Origin: Bdellovibrionales bacterium
GTDB taxonomy: Bacteria; Bdellovibrionota; Bdellovibrionia; Bdellovibrionales; DASUEL01
Assembly: GCA_050250255.1 (NCBI GenBank)
Contig: JBFWOZ010000009.1
Location: forward strand, 16,895-80,894
Direction: 5' to 3'
DNA: 64,000 nt
Made by a program: the position numbers and the translations under genes. Position 1 is the stretch's first letter, and the number at the start of each line of letters is the position of its first letter. This document shows positions 57,887 to 64,000 of this stretch, piece after piece. Under the pieces are notes generated by a model that was given only the letters and a program-made list of their open reading frames with translations, had not been told where the DNA came from and searched no databases.

Positions 57887-58086
57887 TTAATTCTAAAAAT
57901 TGAATCGTTACTTACGTGAAGTGTGTGAGGCATAGGTGCTTTTCGTGTCTCCGAGCACGCGGCCATCCATGGCCTCGCCGACCGGCAAGCGCGCCTTCCA
58001 TGGGTCGGAGGTGCTCGGAGACACGAAAAGCACCTATGCCTCACAAAGCAACTCTGGGTAGCTAACGATTCAATTTTTAGAATTAA
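57887..58086. repeat. 200-bp nested palindromic element between convergent genes
   Basis: Perfect outer arms of 24 bp (57887-57910 / 58063-58086) and inner arms of 35 bp (57924-57958 / 58011-58045) around a GC-rich core. Confidence 0.85.
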
Positions 58087-58092
58087 AAAAAA

Positions 58093-58542
58093 TTAGTAGC
58101 CAGTACTGCCGAAACCGCCTTCGGCACGGACGGACTCACTAAGTTCATGAATCTCAATGAACTCAGCGGTGATCACAGGGCAAAGTACGAGTTGAGCGAT
58201 GCGATCTTGATCTTGAATCGTCATCGTTTCCTGACCGAGATTGATAAGTCCCACTTTCACTTCGCCGCGATAATCTGCATCGATGGTGCCGGGAGCGTTA
58301 CAAACTGTAATCCCTTTGTTGATCGCCCAACCGCTTCGTGGTCGCACTTGAATTTCGTAGCCTTCGGGAATCTCAAATGAAAGTCCTGTCGGTATGAGAG
58401 TGCGTGCACCAGGCTTTAAAATGATTTCGGATTCAAGTTGTGCGCGTACATCAAAACCGCTCGCCCCTGTCGTTTGGTAAGTAGGGAGTTCTCCTTTAAA
58501 GTGAGGCCATTTTTTTAGGGGTAAAGAAATTTTCTTAGCCAC
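58093..58542 (-). CDS. dut: dUTP diphosphatase
   Basis: ASGFD, QVRPRSG, PGTIDADYRGE, DRIAQL and RAEGGFGSTG. Confidence 0.96.
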   Translation of the reverse strand: MAKKISLPLKKWPHFKGELPTYQTTGASGFDVRAQLESEIILKPGARTLIPTGLSFEIPEGYEIQVRPRSGWAINKGITVCNAPGTIDADYRGEVKVGLINLGQETMTIQDQDRIAQLVLCPVITAEFIEIHELSESVRAEGGFGSTGY

Positions 58543-59803
58543 CGAAAGTCTCCACCCATTTTTGGTCTTTTTTGGATTTGTGTGGTCCCATGATCAGGAG
58601 GCTCATTTTGTCTAAATCGAGATATTTTCGAATGTATTCTTTCATGCTCTTAAGTGTAACCGCTTCGATTTCTTCGACCACTTGGTCCACAGGTCGGTAT
58701 TCGCGGAAAACAATTTCGTTTACTCCGAGTGAATTCATGCGATTTTCCATGTCATCGGCCCCGAGGAGAATTCCGGCGCGAACCTGATTTTTAAAAAGAC
58801 TTAAATCACTGTCCGCAAGGCCTTCTTTTTTAATACGTTTTAATTCGTCTTGAATAATTCGAACCACTTTTTGAGCTTGGTCTGACGAAGTGTGCGCGTA
58901 GATATTGATCAAACCCGTATCGGTAAAGGTACTTAAGCTCGAGTAAACCGCATACGCAAGACCTTCATCTTCTCTGACTCTTTGATAAAGCTTGGAGGTC
59001 ATCCCTCCACCGAGAAGCGCATTTAAAACGAAGGCTTCAAATCGCTGTTTGTCTTTAAAACTTGTTGCGGGGAATCCCATTAAAATATGAGACTGCTCAG
59101 AATCACGTTGAAACACTTCGCGAAAACACTCAACCTTCACTTTTTTGTGAGGAGCGGATTTACGACCTACCTGTACGCGACCCATTTTCTTTTTGATTTT
59201 TTTTACGAGAGTTTCATGATTCAAACGGCCCGCAGCTGCCACGACAATTTTTGAACCGACATAACGACCTTTGTAGTAATTTAAGAGATCCTTTTTAGTG
59301 AACGACTGCACACTTTCTTCTGTTCCTAAAATCTGATGACCGAGTGCTGATTTTGCATAAAATTTCTCAAGAAAAAGATCATAAACGAGTTCTTCAGGAG
59401 AATCTTCCGAAGAACCAATTTCTTGAATCACGACCCCTTTTTCAACTTCTAATTGATCAATGGGAAATTTCGCTTGGCAGACCAGATCACTTAAAACATC
59501 AACGGCCAGATCCATATCCCCATAAAGACCGAGCGTATGATAACAAGTATGTTCTTTGGTTGTGAACGCATTGATCTCTGCCCCCACCTGTTCCATGTCG
59601 CGAACAATCGCATAGCTATCACGCTTCTTTGTTCCTTTAAACACCATGTGCTCAATGAAGTGTGAAAGTCCTAATTGGTTGGGTTTTTCATCTCGGGAGC
59701 CGGTCTCAATCCAAATTCCAACAGAAACAGCTCGTGAGGAAGGATGATCCTCACTCACGATGGTAATTCCGTTATCCAGTGTCGTCCGTTGAAATGCTGA
59801 CAC
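58535..59803 (-). CDS. M16 family (pitrilysin/MPP-like) zinc peptidase
   Basis: HFIEHMVFKGT (HxxEH), NAFT and LYQRVREDEGLAY. Confidence 0.93.
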   Translation of the reverse strand: MSAFQRTTLDNGITIVSEDHPSSRAVSVGIWIETGSRDEKPNQLGLSHFIEHMVFKGTKKRDSYAIVRDMEQVGAEINAFTTKEHTCYHTLGLYGDMDLAVDVLSDLVCQAKFPIDQLEVEKGVVIQEIGSSEDSPEELVYDLFLEKFYAKSALGHQILGTEESVQSFTKKDLLNYYKGRYVGSKIVVAAAGRLNHETLVKKIKKKMGRVQVGRKSAPHKKVKVECFREVFQRDSEQSHILMGFPATSFKDKQRFEAFVLNALLGGGMTSKLYQRVREDEGLAYAVYSSLSTFTDTGLINIYAHTSSDQAQKVVRIIQDELKRIKKEGLADSDLSLFKNQVRAGILLGADDMENRMNSLGVNEIVFREYRPVDQVVEEIEAVTLKSMKEYIRKYLDLDKMSLLIMGPHKSKKDQKWVETFGG

Positions 59804-59834
59804 GATTGCCCCCTAAAATGTCATAGACCGAAAA

Positions 59835-61934
59835 TTAATTCGGTCTATCTAAAAGAGCTTTACGAGAGAGCTTAATTCGACCTGTGCGGTCGATATCAAG
59901 AACCTTCACCTGAATCTCTTGACCCTCTGAGAGAGCATCAGTCACAGCACGAAGTCTTTCGTGTGCAATTTCAGAAATATGGAGAAGACCTTGCGTGTTT
60001 GGAAGAAGTTCTACAAAGGCACCGAAGTCTGTGATTTTCACGACGCGACCATTGTAGGTCTTGCCCACTTCCGCTTCAGCACAGATGTCTGCAACCATTT
60101 GTTTCGCTTTACGGATTCCGTCCATATCGCTTGAAGCAATATGAATAGTTCCATCGTCTTCGATATCCATTTTCACGCCGCAGGCTTCGATGATTCCACG
60201 AATCACTTTTCCACCGGAGCCAATCACTTCGCGCACTTTATCTGGCCTGATCTTCATCGTCTCAATACGTGGAGCAAATTCAGAAATATCACCACGAGGA
60301 GCACGAATCACTTTTTCCATTTCATTAAGAATATGATCGCGACCTACTTTTGCTTGAGCGAGCGCTGTTTGCAAAATGTCGAAAGTAAGACCTTCGATTT
60401 TGATGTCCATTTGACAAGAAGTGATTCCGTTTTTGCTACCGGCAACTTTGAAGTCCATATCTCCCAAGTGATCTTCATCACCAAGAATGTCCGTCAACAC
60501 TGCAACCTTATCACCCTCTTTAATAAGACCCATCGCGACTCCCGCAACGTTGTCTTTTACCGGAACTCCGGCATCAAGAAGTGCGAGAAGACCAGAACAA
60601 ACCGTTCCCATTGAAGAGGAACCGTTCGACTCAAGGACTTCGCTCACGATACGGATAGTGTAAGGGAATTTTGCGAAATCAGGAAGAACCGCTTGAAGCG
60701 CTCTTTCTGCCAAAAATCCGTGACCAATCTCACGACGACTTTGCCCGCCCATTCTTCCTGTTTCACCAACAGAGAATGGAGGAAAGTTGTAATGAAGCAT
60801 GAACTTTTTTGTGACCGTGCCGTTAAGGCTGTCGATCATCTGCTCATCATCACCGGTGCCGAGAGTCACAGTTCCTAGTACTTGCGTTTCTCCACGAGTA
60901 AAAAGTCCTGAACCATGAGTACGAGGAAGGACGCCAACTTCACAAGCAATCGGACGAACCGTTTTAGTGTCACGACCGTCAATACGAATTCCATCGTTCA
61001 AAATCAAATCTCTTGAACTACGGTACTGAACATCTTCAAAAAGTGTTTTGAGGTCTTTTTTACGTCTTTCGAGAAGTTTTTCATCATCAACAAGAGCTAA
61101 GAAATTCTCTTCTGCTTCTGCCCTGATTTGCGCCATCGTTTCGTAGCGCTTCATCTTTTCGCGAATGCGATAAGCTTCACGAATCTTTGGCTTCAATGCG
61201 GCTTCTACTTCAGTGCGGAATCCCGCATCGATAGAGGCCTTTGTGAAGTTACGCTTTTCTTTTCCAACTTTTTTCGCGAGTTCTTCCTGTACTTGAAGAA
61301 GTGGCATCATAGAATCATGACCAAACTTCAAAGCATTCAAAAGATCTTCTTCCGAAATGTACTTAGATTCCCCTTCCACCATCAAGATACCTTTACGGCT
61401 TCCCGCAACCATGATGTCCATGTCGGACGTCGCGAGTTGTGTAGGTGTTGGGTTCGCAATAAATTGACCATTGATTCGCCCTACTTGAACGAGAGCAACC
61501 GGACCGTTAAATGGAATATCACTGATCGTTGCGGCGGTAGAGGCACCAAGAGCTGCAAGAACTCCCGGAGCAATCAGCCCATCCGAACTCAGAACAGTGG
61601 CAACCACTTGTGTTTGAAAGTTGTAACCTTCAGGAAAAACAGGACGAAGAGGACGATCTAACAAACGAGCCGTTAATGTCGCTTCGTTTGTAGGTCGGCC
61701 TTCGCGCTTAAAGTAGCCACCAGGAATGCGGCCAGTTGCGTAGAATTTCTCTTGAAATTCTACGGTGAGCGGAAAGAAGTCCATGTCGGAAGTTTCCTTC
61801 GACGACACGATCGTTACAAGTACAACGTTGCTTCCGCAGGTTACAAGAACAGAGCCATCAGCTTGCTTTGCAAGTCTGCCGGTTTCTAATGTGATTTCAT
61901 TAGTTCCGACTTTGACCGAAACAGTAGTTTTCAT
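59835..61934 (-). CDS. pnp: Polyribonucleotide nucleotidyltransferase
   Basis: FFPLTV, RREIGHG, SNGSSS and GDMDFKVAG, plus KH and S1 domains. Confidence 0.98.
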   Translation of the reverse strand: MKTTVSVKVGTNEITLETGRLAKQADGSVLVTCGSNVVLVTIVSSKETSDMDFFPLTVEFQEKFYATGRIPGGYFKREGRPTNEATLTARLLDRPLRPVFPEGYNFQTQVVATVLSSDGLIAPGVLAALGASTAATISDIPFNGPVALVQVGRINGQFIANPTPTQLATSDMDIMVAGSRKGILMVEGESKYISEEDLLNALKFGHDSMMPLLQVQEELAKKVGKEKRNFTKASIDAGFRTEVEAALKPKIREAYRIREKMKRYETMAQIRAEAEENFLALVDDEKLLERRKKDLKTLFEDVQYRSSRDLILNDGIRIDGRDTKTVRPIACEVGVLPRTHGSGLFTRGETQVLGTVTLGTGDDEQMIDSLNGTVTKKFMLHYNFPPFSVGETGRMGGQSRREIGHGFLAERALQAVLPDFAKFPYTIRIVSEVLESNGSSSMGTVCSGLLALLDAGVPVKDNVAGVAMGLIKEGDKVAVLTDILGDEDHLGDMDFKVAGSKNGITSCQMDIKIEGLTFDILQTALAQAKVGRDHILNEMEKVIRAPRGDISEFAPRIETMKIRPDKVREVIGSGGKVIRGIIEACGVKMDIEDDGTIHIASSDMDGIRKAKQMVADICAEAEVGKTYNGRVVKITDFGAFVELLPNTQGLLHISEIAHERLRAVTDALSEGQEIQVKVLDIDRTGRIKLSRKALLDRPN

Positions 61935-61958
61935 TTTATCTCCAGATTCAAAGAAATA

Positions 61959-62228
61959 TTATTTACGGATACCAAGATCTACGATGAGAGAATTGTATTT
62001 CTTTACATCTGTTTTCTTGAGGTAGTTTAAAAGACTGCGACGACGGCTTACTAATTGTAGAAGACCGCGGCGGCTGTGAACGTCTTTTTTGTGTAGAGCA
62101 AAATGCTCTGTGAGCTCGTTGATTCGCGCTGTAAGTAGAGCGACTTGAACTTCTGAACTTCCGGTATCCAATTCAGAACGACGGTATTTTTTAATAATGT
62201 CGGTTTTAACTTCTTTTTCCATTGCCAT
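61959..62228 (-). CDS. rpsO: 30S ribosomal protein S15
   Basis: [13 protein letters not shown] and [12 protein letters not shown]. Confidence 0.98.
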   Translation of the reverse strand: MAMEKEVKTDIIKKYRRSELDTGSSEVQVALLTARINELTEHFALHKKDVHSRRGLLQLVSRRRSLLNYLKKTDVKKYNSLIVDLGIRK

Positions 62229-62281
62229 AAAATTCTCCTCGTTTTGCCTTATGGTCCGTTTGGCGATCGCAACCTAAAGCG

Positions 62282-62371
62282 TATTAAATGTCTCCGGGCC
62301 TTTTTTCTGGCTACATTGCTTCACAAAGTGGACGCTACGTAGCCAGAAAAAAGGCCCGGAGACATTTAATA
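62282..62371. repeat. 33-bp perfect inverted repeat in the rpsO upstream region
   Basis: 62282-62314 is the exact reverse complement of 62339-62371, with a 24-nt spacer. Confidence 0.85.
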
Positions 62372-62409
62372 GCTGGAATTAGGGGGAGGGTCAATTGAAG
62401 TACACGGAT

Positions 62410-63324
62410 TTACTGTCTAAAAACTCGAGAAATAGCGAAGTCGCCTTCTAGTTCTGTCGGAGTCAAAATTGCGAGCATGGCCCGTGAATTTTGAGAGAGA
62501 ACTTGGATACCAGTATTCTCGAGTTTTCCTCGGTAATAGGGCTTTAAACGGCTTTTAAGGCTATAAGAGATTTGACCATTCTTAAGAAGCGTCTCGTCTT
62601 TCCCCTGCACCATGATCGCTGGCCAAGGAAGTACCTGCTTCAGTGGTATAAAACTCTCTGGTTTCTCACGAAAACTTTTCACCTGATCGAGCTGTATAGC
62701 ATTCTCAAGACTAAAAGGCGAAGACCAAGTCCGTCTCAAAACTTCCAAAGCGGCTCCACACCCTAAGATCCCACCGATATGCTCGGTCCAAGAGCGAATG
62801 TAACTTCCCTTTGAGCACTTGATGTCACACTCGAAGGTATTATGTTGCACATCTCGAATTTTCAGATCGTAAAAATTCATAGTTTTAATCGGAGTCTCGA
62901 ACTCTTTACCCTGTCTTGCCTCACGGTGAAGAGTTTTACCTTGAACTTTAACCGCCGAAAACTTTGGTACGTGAAGCTCCAAGCTTCCTAAAGAAGCTTC
63001 TAATGCCGCCCTGATTTGCTCTCTATTTAAATCTACTTTTTGTTCGGTCAAAACTTTTCCCGAAGTATCAAGAGTGTCTGTCGTTACCCCGAGCTGAGCC
63101 TTTAAAGAGTAGCCTTTATCCTCACAGAGTACGTACTGCGAAAGTTTAGTCGCCTCTCCTAAAAGTAAAACAAGAAGTCCCGTCGCTTGGGGATCAAGAG
63201 TGCCGGCATGACCGACACTTTGGAGATTCAATTCTTTTTTGATTTGTCTGACCACGTCGTGGCTTGTACAGCCCGGTGGCTTATCAACAAGTAAAAGGCC
63301 ATCTAGAGATGTCGTTGAATTCAT
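62410..63324 (-). CDS. truB: tRNA pseudouridine(55) synthase
   Basis: DKPPG, TSHD, GHAGTLDP, FSAVKVQG and CSKGSYIRS. Confidence 0.95.
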   Translation of the reverse strand: MNSTTSLDGLLLVDKPPGCTSHDVVRQIKKELNLQSVGHAGTLDPQATGLLVLLLGEATKLSQYVLCEDKGYSLKAQLGVTTDTLDTSGKVLTEQKVDLNREQIRAALEASLGSLELHVPKFSAVKVQGKTLHREARQGKEFETPIKTMNFYDLKIRDVQHNTFECDIKCSKGSYIRSWTEHIGGILGCGAALEVLRRTWSSPFSLENAIQLDQVKSFREKPESFIPLKQVLPWPAIMVQGKDETLLKNGQISYSLKSRLKPYYRGKLENTGIQVLSQNSRAMLAILTPTELEGDFAISRVFRQ

Positions 63325-63339
63325 GGCCTTACCTTTTAA

Positions 63340-64000
63340 TTAAAGAACACCAGCAACGGATTGACGTTCGTAAGCTTCGATAATGTCACCGACCTTAAGA
63401 TCGTTGTAATTTTCGATGCCGATACCACACTCAAATCCTGTAGCGACTTCTTTTGCATCATCTTTGAAACGCTTTAAGCTCGACAATTTTCCATCGTAAA
63501 TCACGCGAGAATCACGAATGAGCCTCACAAGTGATTGACGAGTGATTTTTCCATCCAGCACTGAACAACCAGCAATTGTACCGATTTTTGGAATGCTGAA
63601 AGTGTTTCGAACTTCTGCACGTCCCAAAACCTTTTCCACAATCGTTGGTGCGAGCAAACCCTCCATCGCCTTTTTAAGATCGTCTACAACTTCGTAAATA
63701 ATGGAATATGTCTTAATTTCTACACCTTGGCTCTTCGCAAGAGATACGGCGCTCGTTTCAGGACGAACGTTAAAGCCAATGATGAGACCTTTTGCAGAAC
63801 TCGCAAGGAGAACGTCAGATTCAGAAATCCCTCCTACCGCACTGTGAATGATCTTGATCTTCACTTTCTCGGTAGACGCTTTTTCGAGCATGCCTTTTAA
63901 GGCTTCGCTACTCCCCGCCACGTCGGATTTCAAAACGATTGGAAGCTCTTTGGTATCTCCCGTTTGTACTTTCGAAAAAAGTTCTTCGAGAGAAACTTTT
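63340..64000 (-). CDS. infB: Translation initiation factor IF-2 (C-terminal part; continues beyond the window)
   Basis: KSDVAGS, IIGFNVRP, IAGC and SLKRFKDDAKEV…ECGI. Confidence 0.97.
   Translation of the reverse strand, partial: KVSLEELFSKVQTGDTKELPIVLKSDVAGSSEALKGMLEKASTEKVKIKIIHSAVGGISESDVLLASSAKGLIIGFNVRPETSAVSLAKSQGVEIKTYSIIYEVVDDLKKAMEGLLAPTIVEKVLGRAEVRNTFSIPKIGTIAGCSVLDGKITRQSLVRLIRDSRVIYDGKLSSLKRFKDDAKEVATGFECGIGIENYNDLKVGDIIEAYERQSVAGVL

Noticed and set aside
57796..58044. 82-aa minus-strand ORF
   Set aside because: It runs through the palindromic element and antisense into the Yip1-like gene, has no RBS, and is best explained as a by-product of the repeat.
1..64000. CRISPR array
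   Set aside because: I saw no regularly spaced short direct repeats with unique spacers and no cas genes. The repeats present are coding paralogs or single palindromes.

Overview
This is a 64-kb chromosomal window from a bacterium that is most likely Bdellovibrionota-like. That assignment is an inference from the gene order infB-truB-rpsO-pnp-M16 peptidase-dut and from the many secreted hypothetical, PilZ and HD-GYP genes. Most of the window is housekeeping or envelope genes: mpl, acnA, an rRNA pseudouridine synthase, yfgM/bamB-like genes, potABCD, an RNA m5U methyltransferase, mutS, tRNA-Leu(TAA), a ROK kinase, a GuaB-family enzyme, leucine dehydrogenase, dut, pnp, rpsO, truB and infB. The stand-out region is a ~12-kb minus-strand locus (about 18.6-30.6 kb). 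It has four tandem mosaic lipoprotein paralogs with near-identical C-termini and a Cys-closed hypervariable loop; three of them have their own sigma54-type promoter and one is promoterless. Upstream lies an operon of two variable-N/constant-C secreted paralogs, a TPR-wHTH-HTH regulator and a trypsin-like protease with a duplicated octapeptide. The same 29-bp palindrome occurs near both ends of the locus. Three unrelated long intergenic inverted repeats are also present, and rbfA is missing from its usual place. I found no CRISPR array, transposase, integrase or reverse transcriptase. All alignments and motif matches were done by eye.
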